DNA of 64,000 bases, taken from the NCBI GenBank assembly GCA_964016885.1, contig OZ024741.1, forward strand, positions 86,614,001-86,678,000, read 5' to 3'. Below are positions 1 through 15,471 of the stretch, piece after piece; the first letter of the stretch is position 1; each line of letters opens with the position of its first letter. The notes under the pieces were generated by a model. The model saw nothing but the letters and a program-made list of their open reading frames with translations, made no database searches and was not told where the DNA came from. The position numbers were made by a program, and so were the translations under genes. Source of the DNA: Eledone cirrhosa (lineage: Eukaryota).

Positions 1-17
1 GCAATATATATATATAT

Positions 18-99
<82 letters not shown>

Positions 100-453
100 G
101 GATATATATATATATATATATATATATGGATATATATATATATATGGATATATATATATATATATATATATATGGATATATATATATATGGATATATATA
201 TATATATGGATATATATGGATATATATATATATATGGATATATATATATATATATGGATATATATATATATGGATATATATGGATATATATATATATATG
301 GATATATATATATATATATGGATATATATATATATATATATATATATATGGATATATATATATATGGATATATATATATATGGATATATATATATATATG
401 GATATATATATATATATGGATATATATATATATATGGATATATATATATATAT
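1..453. repeat. (TA)n microsatellite with periodic TGGA interruptions
   Basis: Directly visible (TA)n-TGGA units. Confidence 0.97.
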
Positions 454-737
454 TGGTGCCGCGCCATCGAGGCCGAAACAAATGAGATCGTGTAGGTGTC
501 ACGACAAAAAAACACACAGTCCACGCTGTAATGTGGCCGTGTAGGCAACACGGTAAAAACCTCCCAGACCCACACTGTAAATGTGGTTGGTGTTAGGAAG
601 GGCATCCAACTGTAGAAAACCTGCCAGACAGTCCTATGCGAGCAAGACAATCACTCTTGCCTCAAGTGGGACTACCCCCGTCCAAACCCATGCAAGCGTG
701 GAACACGGACGTTAAACGTTGATGATGATGATGATGA
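454..737 (+). mobile_element. RTE family A 3' UTR fragment with (GAT)n tail
   Basis: Almost identical to 31771-32055 of the full-length copy; ends GTTAAACGTT(GAT)n. Confidence 0.92.
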
Positions 738-886
738 TATATGGATATATATATATATATGGATATATATATATATGGATATATATATATGGATATATAT
801 ATATATATATGGATATATATATGGATATATATATGGATATATATATATATATGGATATATATATGGATATATATATATATATATAT

Positions 887-920
<34 letters not shown>

Positions 921-993
921 ATATATATATATATGGATATATATATATATGGATATATATATATATATATGGATATATATATATATATATATA
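738..993. repeat. (TA)n/TGGA microsatellite
   Basis: Directly visible; separates two tail-to-tail RTE ends. Confidence 0.95.
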
Positions 994-2680
994 TCATCAT
1001 CATCATCATCATCATCACCGTTTTACGTCCGTTCTTCCACGCTAGCATGGGTTAGACGGGTTGTCCTGTTGTGGGCAGTGTCTGGTCGGCTGACCATGCC
1101 TTGCTCATACAGGAACTGATCTGGCTTGATTTCTACAGCTGGATGCCCTTCCTAACACCAACCTCATTTACAGTGAGTGCTGGGTGCTTTTTCGTGGCGC
1201 CTACACGTCCACTTTACAGTGTGGGCTGGGTGCTTTTTTGCCGTGGCACCTCCACGACCACCTTGCGGTTGGGGGGGGGGGGGCATATTGTTTATATGCT
1301 TCAGCATGTACCCATGGGAGGTCGGGTACCCTGTAATACTGCGTGACGCCAGAAGTCACGGTCGTGTGTCATTGACTTTGAGAGGTGTAGTTGGGTAAGG
1401 TCGGCTTTTATCACCTCATCCCAAGTCATCTTGGGTCTCCCCACTCCGCGGTTTCCATCAACTTCTAGTGCTCTGCACCTTTTTATGCAGCTGTCATCCT
1501 TCATACGCATCACATGTCCATACCAGCGTAACCGCCTCTCCTGCACGCAGCATTTGATTCCTCTTATGCTCAGTCTCTCTCTCAATTCCTTTATGCTTTG
1601 TCGTTCACGTATATTACTGTTACACATCCATCGGAGCATGCAGGCTTCGTTTCTCTCTAATCTACGTAAGTCTTCCACCTTCAGCGCCCAGGTCTCACTA
1701 CCATGCAACATCGCTGTTCGGATACACGCATCATACAGTCTGCCTTTCATTCTGAGGGAGAAGCCTTTTGCAGCTAGCAGTGGTAGTAGTTCCCTAAACT
1801 TCTTCCATCCCGTTCTTACCCTAGTTATTGTACTTTCTGAGCACCCACCTCCGTTGCTAATTCGGTCACCTAGGTAGCAGAAGCTGTCTACTATTTCTAC
1901 AGGGCCCTCCCAGAGATTGGTGGTACTTGTTTCCTGTGGCTGTTTGCTGCTTGCCGTCCCAGCACAGCTGCTGCATGTGAATCCTACATTCTTAATTAAG
2001 CTTCCTGAGATCCCGCTACATCTCTTGTGTACCCATTGTTTGCATTTGGGGCAGAGAATGGAGATCCTACCTACACCTTTCCTACATACTGAGCAAGGCC
2101 ATTTCCCTGAGGGGATCTGGGTTCTGTTTTCTCGTCTACTTATAAGGACCTTAGTCTTTGTCATGTTGACTTTGAGGCCCTTTCTCTCTAGTCCCTGCTT
2201 CCAGGTTTGGAATTTATTCTCTAGTTCTACCATAGATTCAGCTATGAGTGCGAGGTCATCAGCATACAGGAGTTCCCATGGGCATCCGGTCTTAAACTCC
2301 TCCGTTATTGCCTGCAGGACTATGATGAACAGGAGAGGGCTAAGAACAGAGCTCTGGTGGACCCCAACCTGTACGCTAAATTCTTCGCTATACTCATTGC
2401 CAATCCTAACTTTGCTGACTGCTCCCCTATACATGGCTTGTACCGCTTTCACAAGCCATTCATCTACTCCTAGTTTTCTAAGAGCCCACCAGATTACTGC
2501 ACGTGGAACTCTGTCAAAGGCTTTCTCAAGGTCGACAAATGCCAAGTAGAGTGGCTTACTTTTAGCTAGGTACTTTTCCTGTAATTGCCTCACAAGGAAG
2601 AGGGCATCAGTGGTGCCTTTCCCTGGTACAAACCCAAATTGCATCTCGTCTATATTCACCCGGTCTCTAATCAGCTGTGC
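994..2680 (-). mobile_element. 5'-truncated RTE family B non-LTR retrotransposon (RT C-terminal part, 3' UTR, (GAT)n tail)
   Basis: Frame 1301-2680 encodes [38 protein letters not shown]; near-identical inverse of 19500-21172. Confidence 0.95.
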
Positions 2681-4177
<1,497 letters not shown>

Positions 4178-4659
4178 CGCACATATTATTAAACCCCTCA
4201 ATATACAAACCTTAACTTTACATTATTTTTTTCTCTTCGTTAATTTTCAAATTCTTTAAACTTATACATTATCTTCCAACGGTTTTCAACCTCTCTATGT
4301 AAAACAATATATCTTTCTCAGTTATAAAAGCTATCTCTCTCTATCACCATCTCTCCTCCTATCTCATCCTTCCTCATTATACTCCTCCCTCTCCACTTTT
4401 TACTCTCATCTCCTCCTCTTTTTCATCCTTTCCACCCCTCCCCCCTCAAAATAAAATATTTTTCCCAATATCACACATCAATCTAAAACTACTTCTCATA
4501 TGTTGATTTAAAACTGCACTATCCACAAGTGTTTTTTAACCTTCATATCATGTCTTCCTGTTTTATCTGATGAAAACACAAATATTATTGCATGATGATA
4601 TTTGTTTTTGAAATGTGCATAATAAAATAAATGGAACTCTTTTAACCATCTTTTGTTCT

Positions 4660-4780
4660 TATATATTATATATATATGTATATATATATATATGTATATA
4701 TATGTATATATATATATGTATATATATATATATGTATATATATATATGTATATATATATATGTATATATATATATGTATG

Positions 4781-4831
<51 letters not shown>

Positions 4832-4994
4832 GTATATATATGTATATATATATATGTATGTATATATATATATGTATGTATATATATATGTATGTATATA
4901 TATATGTATATATATATATGTATGTATATATATATGTATATATATATATGTATATATATATATGTGTATATATATATATGTATATATATATATG

Positions 4995-5043
<49 letters not shown>

Positions 5044-5390
5044 GTATATATATGTATATATATATATGTATATATATGTATATATATATATATATGTATA
5101 TATATGTATATATATGTATATATGTATGTATATATATGTATATGTATATATGTATATATATATATGTATATATATATGTATATATATATATGTATATATA
5201 TATATGTATATATATATGTATATATATATATGTATATATATGTATATATATATATGTATATATATATATGTATATATATATATATGTATATATATGTATA
5301 TATATGTATATATATATATATATGTATGTATATATATATATGTATATATATGTATATATATATATATGTATGTATATATATATATGTATG

Positions 5391-5421
<31 letters not shown>

Positions 5422-5670
5422 GTATGTATGTATATATATATATGTATGTATATATATGTATATATATATATGTATATATATATGTATATATATATGTATA
5501 TATATGTATATATGTATATATATATATATATGTATATATATGTATATATATATATATATGTATATATATGTATGTATATATATATATATATGTATATATA
5601 TGTATATATGTATGTGTATATATGTATGTATATATATGTATATGTATATATGTATATATATATATGTATA
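4660..5670. repeat. (TA)n/TATG microsatellite
   Basis: Directly visible. Confidence 0.96.
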
Positions 5671-6561
5671 TTGGAAAATGTGTGTAATCCTTGGTACAGT
5701 TAGGTATATTAAGACAGGGGGGAAGAAAAAATGGCTTCACTTGTGCTTTCAACAAATTTATTTTCTTCACAAAATCCAAAAAGAATTTTTCTTAAAAAAA
5801 ATTATTTTAGAAATTAAGTTGTTGGTTGTTGGTTAGGTCTTAGGAGTTCTTGGTTAACGTAGGAGATATTGTTTCGTTTTTAGAAAGACCTTTCACGCTG
5901 AGGTGCGCTTGTCAAACTGATGTGTATGTGGTGTGTTGTTCTATATATAGGGATTTAACATGTCTGTGGTGTGGTCGGGGTTTCTTTTCTTCCCCTTTAA
6001 TAAGTGCATGGGTGTAGGTGTGTTGAAAAAGTGTTCATAGCAGTAATGAGTTGAGACGGTGAGTAGGGTTGGGTGGGGAGAAACTTAACAAGTGCGGCCT
6101 GCCCCGGTCATTCTCGAAAAATTCCTTTATTCAGGGGAAAAAGCTTTTAGCATCACTTTTGTGTTGAGAATGGTCACAGGCAAATCGCACCTGTCAAGCT
6201 TGTGAATAATTATTTTTTTATTTTTTTCCTGAAGAATCTTTCTACGTCCATCCCAAAGTTAGTCCTTTGTTCAACACACACACATATATGTGTGCATATA
6301 TGTACATACACACACGGGCATATGTAGGAATATATAGGCACACACCATCAATCACACACCCCTCTACAAATACCTACACAAAAACATATAGAGACACATA
6401 TAAAAACACACATACACATACGTACACACACAAATATGTACACATACCTCCACATGGGTATATATATATATACACATATATACACACATACATACACATA
6501 TACATACATACATATACATATATATAAATATATATACATACATATACACATACACACACAT

Positions 6562-9500
6562 AAGGACCCCATTCAATCATTACCTTCTATCTCTTCTCCT
6601 TATAAATTCCTTAATTCTTAATCTAGCTTATTTTCAAACCTCAATTCCTAGCGTATTTTCATACCTCAATTCCTAATTCTAGCGTATTTTCAAAACAAAA
6701 AACAAAATCCCTTCCTTCTTCCTTCTTTCGAAACTCGAAAATCCCGCTTCCTCGCCTCGACCCCCACCCGCTCTACTCCGAGGGCACGGCGGTCAATCAT
6801 CATGCAGCCACATTCCCCCCCCTCTCTCTCTCTATATATATATATATAATTCACTTCGCCAAATTCCATTGCTTTGCTGTCTACCCCACGATAATCATGT
6901 AACGTAATGTACATATTTTTCTCTTCATCTCTGCCTCCACAAACCATATTCGTATCAAGTCCAAATAGCCAATCTATCGCTAAAACAATCTACATTTTTT
7001 GTATCCATTAATTATTAGATACGAAAGTTTTTGGTCGTATTGAACAAAACAAATTTTGTATTTTTGTTAATCGCTTGTTAAATGCAAGGACCCCATTCAA
7101 TCATTACCTTCTATCTAGCTACCCAACACCCCTCCCTCCCGCCCCCACGCACCACCATTGCTATTACGTGGACCAATCATAAGCCAGAGCCCCCACGCAT
7201 CACCAGTATTATTATTACGCGGACCAATCAGAAGCCAGAGGCCTATACTATCGCTTGCCTTTCGATATATGATGGATGGATGGATGGACTGCGGAATCCT
7301 GGAAAGTGGAGGAGAGAGAGAGAAAAATCTGGACGCTCAGCGGCAATGCCAAAGATAAAGACAAGTTCACCTCTTGGACGAGAATGCGAGCACTCCTCAT
7401 TGTTTCGACCGCGGACGGCTAACATAACCCCATCGCCCCCCGCCCCCACCGCCCCCAACCCCCAAACGCAATCCAAAACTTCAGAGTTGGTACCATAAAT
7501 GTAGGCACCCTAAAGGGTCGCGCTAACGAGGTTGTAGAAATGCTTGAACGTAAGGAGGTCGATGTTTGTTGTATTCAAGAGACCAGGTGGAGGGGTGGGT
7601 CTGCTAGATTCATTGAGGGTAAAAAACGATGTTATAAGCTTTTCTGGGTGGGAAACGACGATGGGCTGGGTGGAGTAGGAATCATGGTAGCGGAAAAGTG
7701 GGCAGATAAGATAATAGACGTAAATAGAGTGAACGACAGAATAATTAAAATACGACTTGTCCTCAATAGAACTACGGTGACAGTAATATCTGCGTACGCA
7801 CCCCAATCCGGACTGCCCGGCACTATAAAAGACAGATTCTATGAGACACTGATGCTAACTACCTCCCAAATATCCGACAGTGACTATATAATTATTGCAG
7901 GCGACCTAAATGGTCACGTTGGACAACATTGTGACGGCTATGACGAAATCCATGGAGGCTATGGGTTTGGTACTAGAAATGAGGAAGGCTCCAGAATCCT
8001 GGAATTCTGTGATGCAAATAACCTAACTATCTGTAACACTAACTTCAAAAAACGTGACAATCACCTGATCACCTATAGATCCGGGGAACACACAAGCCAG
8101 GTAGATTATATCCTTACCAGAAGACGTGACAGAGTGTCTGTTGTAAACACCAAATCCCTCCCCCATGAAGAATGCACCTCCCAACATAGACTGATAATTA
8201 GCGACCTCATAGTCAGGACGAGACGTACTCGACAGCAGAAGAGGACTATCCTCAGGAGAAAAATATGGAAGCTAAAGGACCCCACAGCCAGGAATAAATT
8301 TCAAAGCATATTACTTGATGCTTTCGACAGTAAGGAAGAACATTTAGAGTCGGACAATATAGAGGGAGAGTGGGAATTTCTGAAAGCAAACCTGCTGTTG
8401 GCGACAGACGAAGTCTGTGGCTGGAGCAGGCCTGTAGGCAGGAGGAGAGTAACATGGTGGTGGAACAGTAAGGTGGAGGGGTCAATTAAGGCCAAAAAGC
8501 AGGCTTGGAAAGTATGGCGGGATGGGGGAAGTAGAGAAGACTATCAAGTGGCCAGGAGGGAAGCTAGGAGACAAGTGTACTTAGCAAGAAGGGAAGCTGA
8601 GGAAAGAAAGTTCAAGCATGTTCTACAACGCGATGACCAAAAACGTGAGGTGTTCAGGATTGCTAGGCAATGCGTCAAGGAAAACCGTGATATTGTCGGG
8701 GAGAAGTGTGTACTAAACGACGATGGCACACTTGCCATCACCGACGCTGATAAGAAGGTAGCTTGGAAGTGTCACTACGAAAGGCTACTAAATGAGGAGA
8801 ATAAATGGGAGAAAGACAGTCTCCCCCATATCGACCCAATAGAGGGACCAGCAGTGTTAGTCGAGGGGAGTATAATAAGTAAGGCAATCAAGGATATGAA
8901 GACGGGTAAGGGGCTGGGCCTTCGGAAATAGTTGCTGAGATGCTGAAGGCATCTGGCACGGTGGGACACACCATGGTCACCTGCATAGTTAACCAAGTCG
9001 TACAGAATGGGGTTGTTCCGAAGGACTGGCATAGCAGCATCATCATTAACTGTTATAAGGGTAAAGGAGACGCCCTAGATAGGAGTAACTATAGAGGCAT
9101 TAAATTAATCGACCAGGTCATGAAGGTCACGGAAAAAGTAATAGCGCAACTAATCAGAGAGAGAATCGACCTAGATGAAATGCAGTTCGGATTTGTGTCA
9201 GGCAAAAGTACCACAGACGCTCTTTTCATAGTATGACAACTACAGGAGAAGTACCTAGCTAAAGGTAAACCCCTCTACTTAGCTTTTGTCGACTTGGAGA
9301 AAGCCTTCGACAGAGTCCCCCGCTCCATTATCTGGTGGGCTCTTAGAAAACTAGGCGTTGACGAATGGCTTGTGAGGGCTATACAAGCCATGTATAAAGA
9401 AACAGTCAGCAAGGTTAGAATTAACAACGAATATAGTGAAGAGTTTAGCGTAAAAGTTGGCGTCCATCAGGGCTCTGTTCTCAGCCCCCTACTATTTATT

Positions 9501-10461
9501 ATTGCCCTTCAGGCTATAACAGAGGAGTTCAAGACAGGCTGCCCATGGGAACTCCTATACGCAGACGACCTGACACTCATAGCGGAATCAATGGCCGAGC
9601 TAGAGAAGAAATTCCAAACATGGAAGCACGGCCTAGAGTCAAAAGGACTTAAAATTAACCTGGCTAAGACCAAAGTTCTAGTTTGTAGGAAAGAAAACAA
9701 GGCGGCGGTCCCTTCTGGGAAATGGTCGTGCTCGGTGTGTAGGAAAGGCGTAGGTAGAAACTCCATTTTATGTCCTAAATGCAAAGTATGGGTGCATAAA
9801 AGATGTAGTGGGATCACAGGTAAGCTAACTAAGAACATAGATTTTACATGTGGCCGGTGTTCTGGTGCAATAAGTAGCAGCAAGTGCCCACAAAATACTA
9901 GCTCTTTCAATTGCGCAGAGGGTTCTATAGAAATAGTGGACAGCTTCCGTTACCTGGGCGATAAAATCAGCAGTGGGGGAGGGTGCTCTGAAAGTACTGT
10001 AGCTAGAGTCAGAACCGGTTGGAAAAAGTTCAGAGAGCTTATACCACTATTAGCTGCTAAAGGGTTCTCCCTAAAAATGAAAGGCAGGTTGTACGATGCC
10101 TGCATACGAACAGCAATGCTGCATGGCAGTGAGACCTGGGCATTGTGTGCAGAGGATATACGCAGACTAGAGAGGAACGAAGCTTGCATGCTCCGCTGGA
10201 TGTGTAACAGTAATATACGTGAACGGCAAAGCATAAACGAACTAAGGAAAAAATTAGAGATAAGAGGGATCAGATGTTGTTTACTCGAGAGAAGGCTACG
10301 TTGGTATGGACACGTGATGCGCATGAAAGTCGATAGCTGTATAACAAAGTGCAGGGCAATAAAGATAGACGGTAGTCACGGAATAGGCAGACCTAGAAAA
10401 ACCTGGGACGAGCTGATAAACTCCGCCATCACACACTTACACCTCTCCAAGACAATGTCAC
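6562..10461 (+). mobile_element. Near full-length RTE family A element (APE endonuclease + RT), disabled and 3'-truncated
   Basis: APE motifs GTINVGTL, CIQETRW, SAYAPQ, AGDLNGHVG, VDYIL, SQHRL; RT motifs QFGF, YADD. Frameshift near 8910 and CGA>TGA at 9234. Cut at about 10461 by a CR1 fragment. Confidence 0.95.
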
Positions 10462-11941
10462 GTCTACATGTGAGCTGTCTAGTAGCTGTCTCAGTACCCA
10501 GTCGTAGTGATGTAGCAGCTGTGTAAGGCAGCTTCTTCCTGGGCGGAAGCCATGTTGCGTGCTAGTCAGGCGGTCATTTTCTTCGGGGAAAGTGATTAGT
10601 TTCTTTCTGACGACTCGCTCCATGACCTTACTGATATGCGACGTCAGGGAGACTGGCCTATAGTTCTTGGCCTCCGCTCTACTACCTCCTTTATGGATAG
10701 GGCATATTGTGCCTTCTTTTCAGCTCCCTGGGTAGTACACCGCTAGCCAAGGAGCTTCTGAAGAGCATCTTCAGTGGAGTTGCTAAGGCCCGCTTACATA
10801 TTTTTAGGAGAACTGCTCGGAATCCATCAGGTCCAGCAGCCGAGTCTGTTCTAATTTCATCAATGGCGTACACCACATCCTCTTCCGTTATGTCTATGTG
10901 GTTGATGGTTGCCATTTCTTGATGTAGTGTTGTGGCATCAAAGAACTCCTCTGGCTTCGTTATTTGCATGTGCCTCAGTGGACATGTGAAGACACTTTTG
11001 TACTGTTCGTTCAGTATTTCACATATCTCTTGGGGATTTTCGGTTAATGAACCGTCCGTGTGGAAGAGTGGTCCAATCTTGCAGTGTACTGAGGCAGTTT
11101 CTTTTGCAAATTTAAAGAAGGCCTTAGGGTTTGTTTTAATGTTTTCTATGGCCCTGTTCTCTTTCCTTGCCCTCTCATTCTCATGTGAAAGCTTGAGTGC
11201 AATCTCGGTGTCAAGTAGTGCACGTTTCAAATAGGATTCCTTCTTGTTTTGGTTTTGTTGACTATTCAACTGGTTTGAGAGTTTAGTTCTACATCTCATA
11301 AGGATTTTCCTATCTCTGGTAATAAGATTTTTGTGTCTGTTTGCCTCTTTCTCCGGGACACACTTTTTGCATATGGTGTGTATCGTTGTCATGAAGTGTT
11401 GAAATTGTGTGTTAGTGTCTTGTGTGGCGATGTTTGCACTCCATGTTTGCTTCCGGATTTCACTCTTAATCTTCTTCCAGTCAGCCCCGTAGAAGTTAAG
11501 GCTGGATAGCGTCCCAGAGCTTCTTGGTGGTTTTGTCTCTGTTGGTTCTCTTGGACCACATATCATTAGCTCTACCAAGTTATGATCCGAGAGAATTGTT
11601 GGTGTCACCTTTACATTGTGGATGAGCACTTCGTTGTTTGTAAAACAGAGGTCCAGGACATTTTCGCCTCTTGTTGGGAGGAGTATTGCTTGCTCCATGA
11701 ACAGCCTGTGTGTGAGGGCCAGCAGGGATTCCGTCTGTCTCTGTTCTATTGACGTCATTCCAGGGAGGAGGTGGCCCTCAGGCCATTTGACCTTTGGTAG
11801 GTTGAAGTCTCCCAGCAGTAGGATGTTGAGACCCTGGTCCAGTTTGTCAAGGACCTCTTCTATCCTACTTAGGCTATCCTCAAATTTACCCTCATGACTG
11901 GGGGCATCGGGCGGCCGATATGTGACACATATTACCGTCTG
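10458..11941 (-). mobile_element. CR1-clade LINE ORF2 fragment (end of APE to start of RT)
   Basis: [55 protein letters not shown]; truncated at both ends. Confidence 0.88.
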
Positions 11942-11992
11942 TATATATATATATATATATATATCCATATATATATATATATATATATATAT

Positions 11993-12028
<36 letters not shown>

Positions 12029-12042
12029 ATATATATATATAT

Positions 12043-12076
<34 letters not shown>

Positions 12077-12470
12077 ATATATATATATATCCATATATAT
12101 ATCCATATATATATATATATATATCCATATATATATATATATATCCATATATATATATATATATCCATATATATATATATATATCCATATATATATATAT
12201 ATCCATATATATATATATATATATCCATATATATATATATATATATATCCATATGGATATATATATATATATCCATATATATATATATATATATATATCC
12301 ATATATATATATATATATATATCCATATATATATATATATATATATCCATATATATATATATATATATATCCATATATATATATATATATATATCCATAT
12401 ATATATATATATATATATATCCATATATATATATATATATATATCCATATATATATATATATATATATAT

Positions 12471-12562
<92 letters not shown>

Positions 12563-12615
12563 ATATATATATATATATATCCATATATATATATATATAT
12601 ATCTATATATATATA
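11942..12615. repeat. (TA)n/TCCA microsatellite
   Basis: Directly visible; reverse orientation of the TGGA arrays. Confidence 0.95.
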
Positions 12616-15471
12616 GCGGCGATGAATTAGTTTTGCGAGGTTTTTTATATGAAATCGTGTGTCGAAACAGATATTGTTATATTTGGGGAGGGTCATATTT
12701 GCGTAATATTGCCAGAATTAATAACAGAACACACTCACTGTTTGGTTGGTTTTCGCTTCTCGCTGTCTTTTATATATATATATCTGCGATCTAGCTTACT
12801 CGGTCCTCAATGTTGCCATTGACTGACCGGCGGTCAAAAATAATACAGATACAATATAGACAAACACATATATATATAGTTTACATAAATCTTTCGTTGC
12901 ACATCTGCAACATCGTCAGTGGTGTTATATTCATTGTTCCTCCTGTTGTGTTGTATGTCTACGCCATTTTTTTTGTTCAGTCTGTCTATATATTTATTTA
13001 TTTATTTGCTTGTTTGTTTATCTTATTTTATTTTGTCTTCTTTGCGCATGCGTTTGCGTGTGTGTATAGTGTTATGTGTGATGTGTGATGTGTGACTAGT
13101 GTGTATAGTGTTGTCTGCTGGGTGACTAGTGTGTGTTTATGTGCTTGTGTATGTATTTATTTATCTTATTTTATTTAATTTAATTTACTTATTTATTTAT
13201 ACTTCTCTTAGGTCAGTGTTGTTTGTTTGGGTGTTGTTGTTGTTCCACTCATTCTTTCTGTTTAGCTTTGGTCTTCTAATTTCTATTTCACTGGCCTCTC
13301 TGATTTGCCTATCTGCTGGGTCATTCCTATGTTTAGATATTATTCTAATTTCTATGTTGTCTATGTTACCGTCATGATGTTGTCTAGCATGTTCGTATAG
13401 TACTGACCCGTTTTTTCGTCCTTTTAGTTCCCCCCAGTGTTGGTCTATCCTTTCACCTATGCTACGAGCTGTCTCACCTATGTATGTTGTTGTCGTGTTT
13501 CTGCAAGTACCCTCTGTACATCTTATGCTATAGACTACGTTTCTAGTTTTACAGTTTATCCGGGGGTTCACCTTACATATGATACATTTCCTATTGGTAC
13601 AGTGGGTTTTCTTAAAAGGGTAGGTTTTGCTGATCAGGGATTTTATGGTGGTTCCTGGCTTTTCTACCACCTTTATTTTTAAGTGGGTCTTTCTCAGGGC
13701 CTTTCTACACTGGTTAGCTAATTTCCCTCCAGGGGTGGCGTCCACAAACATGACACTCTGATATCTCTGGTTGTCGTACCATGATGTGGCCTTCCCTATC
13801 TTATGTCTAGCCCTATCTAAGCTATTCCATGATTTGCTCCTGTATAGTGGGCAAATTCCTTTCATGTCCAGTTCTATGAGGGTCTTATACTTTTCCATGG
13901 CTCCTTCGTATACTCTGACTCTGTCTCTTTGGTTGTAGCCAGAGAACTGCATGCGGTTGATGAAGTGTTGGATGTGTCCTTCCATTTCTGTTGGGTCGCA
14001 CATGATGGACACATTCTTCATCACTCGTACCAAATCTGCGATCAGAATATTAAACTTAGCACTACTGGACATTGCTGAGTTTTTGAGTATCAGGTATTTG
14101 GAGGCCATGGGTTTAGCATAGTGTGAGTGGAGAATTTGGGCTCTCTCGTCTATAGTGTTAATCCAGAGTTCTGTGTCTAATACAGGTAGTCTATTGTTAG
14201 GGTGTTTGGAAGGGAAGTCTATAGTTACAGTTATACTCTGGTGTATGGAATTAGCTATCTGCTGGATGCTTTCCATCGTGCTACGTTCTAAATCAAACTT
14301 GTTAGTGCTGTCTAGTGGGGGTGTTCTTATAACTATATTGATATCGTCTACATAACGAGAGTACATGATGAGGTCTATGGAGCTTTCATTAAGGAGATCT
14401 TTAAGTCTCCTTTCCCACCATACCATGAAAAGGTTGGCAACATCGCCAGCTATGCTGACGCCGATGGCTGCTCCCTCATTTTGGGTGTAGATTTTCTCAT
14501 TGAACTTAAATATGTGGCCCTTTAGGGTAGTTTTGATACTAGCCCCTATTGCATGTGCGACCATTTTTCTTACCTGATCAGTGTTTTGGGGGGTCCGTAT
14601 AGCTTTGGTCCACCCAATCCACCTTCCTATGGGAGTCTTTTTAGCCATTGAGGTTATGGTGGGGGGTCTACCTCTTATAGGTCTACTAGGGCAGAAACAT
14701 CTAAGGTCATGGCTGTCTAGGTAGTCAGTGTCGTAGGTAAGTCTAAGTAGGAGGCCCAGTTCGTCTGTGTCGACGTCGCAGAACTCCACCTCACTCTCAA
14801 TGATCATCTCCACACATCTTTTCACAGCAAAATCAATGTTAATGGATGGGTACAGTGACACCACATCCATGCTGCCTATTATGCAGTTGGATAGGCTCCT
14901 GTTTTTGTTGCACTCACTGATTCTGCTGAGGAGGTCCTCTGTACTTTCACATACATCTGGGGACATCTTGATTATGGGGCGTATAACCATTGAGAGGAAG
15001 TAGGAGATCCTGTAGTTGCTAGCTATATTAGCTCCGCATACAGGTCTTGTTGGTGGTCCTATTGTCGGGTCGTCGACTGTCTTGTGGTCTTTGCGGAGCC
15101 CATACAAGGGTGGTATGCCATTGTTAGACGCCTGGAAGTTGTTGGCAGTGCGTCTGCTTGGCTTTAGGATGTCAGTCCATATCATCATGTGAGCGTTGAG
15201 GATTTTTTCTCTCCCATCGTGTGTTAGTTGTGCAACTTCGCTCGTGTTGGTGATGTGGGGTTGCATTGCCTCGATGTAGTTCGGCATGCTATCTATTGAC
15301 ATCCTACCAGACTTATCTGTGGGTAGACACACTACCTCACCATCCCTTGTGCGCTGCTTGAGGCTAACCAAGCCTTCTACAGGTTTTATCCCAAGTTGTT
15401 GGGCCTCTGGTCTGCTCTGTCTCATAGTGTACCTGTCTACTACTTGTCTAATCTTATTTCTAGCTATGGTG
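12616..15471 (-). mobile_element. Penelope-like element (RT + Cys linker + GIY-YIG endonuclease), 5'-truncated, with 3' pLTR region
   Basis: Open frame 13197-15471 encodes PTDKSG, PPLYGLRKDHK, PTRPV, SMDVVSLYPSI, GAAIG, YSRYVDD, CxxxxCxxC, and NVVYSIRC...YIGET (GIY-YIG). Confidence 0.93.
13197..15471 (-). CDS. Penelope-like RT/GIY-YIG polyprotein (partial, uninterrupted frame)
   Basis: ORF 13197..15620 without its first ~50 codons, which come from the inverted copy. Confidence 0.85.

Noticed and set aside
5884-5920. Minus-strand hammerhead-like TTGACAA-GCGC..GCGT-GAAA
   Set aside because: Core positions are mutated and there is no stem I.
7350-7430. HDV-like ribozyme in the RTE 5' region (TCCTC loop, GGCTAA)
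   Set aside because: I could not build consistent P1, P1.1 and P2 pairings by eye; a descriptor search is needed.
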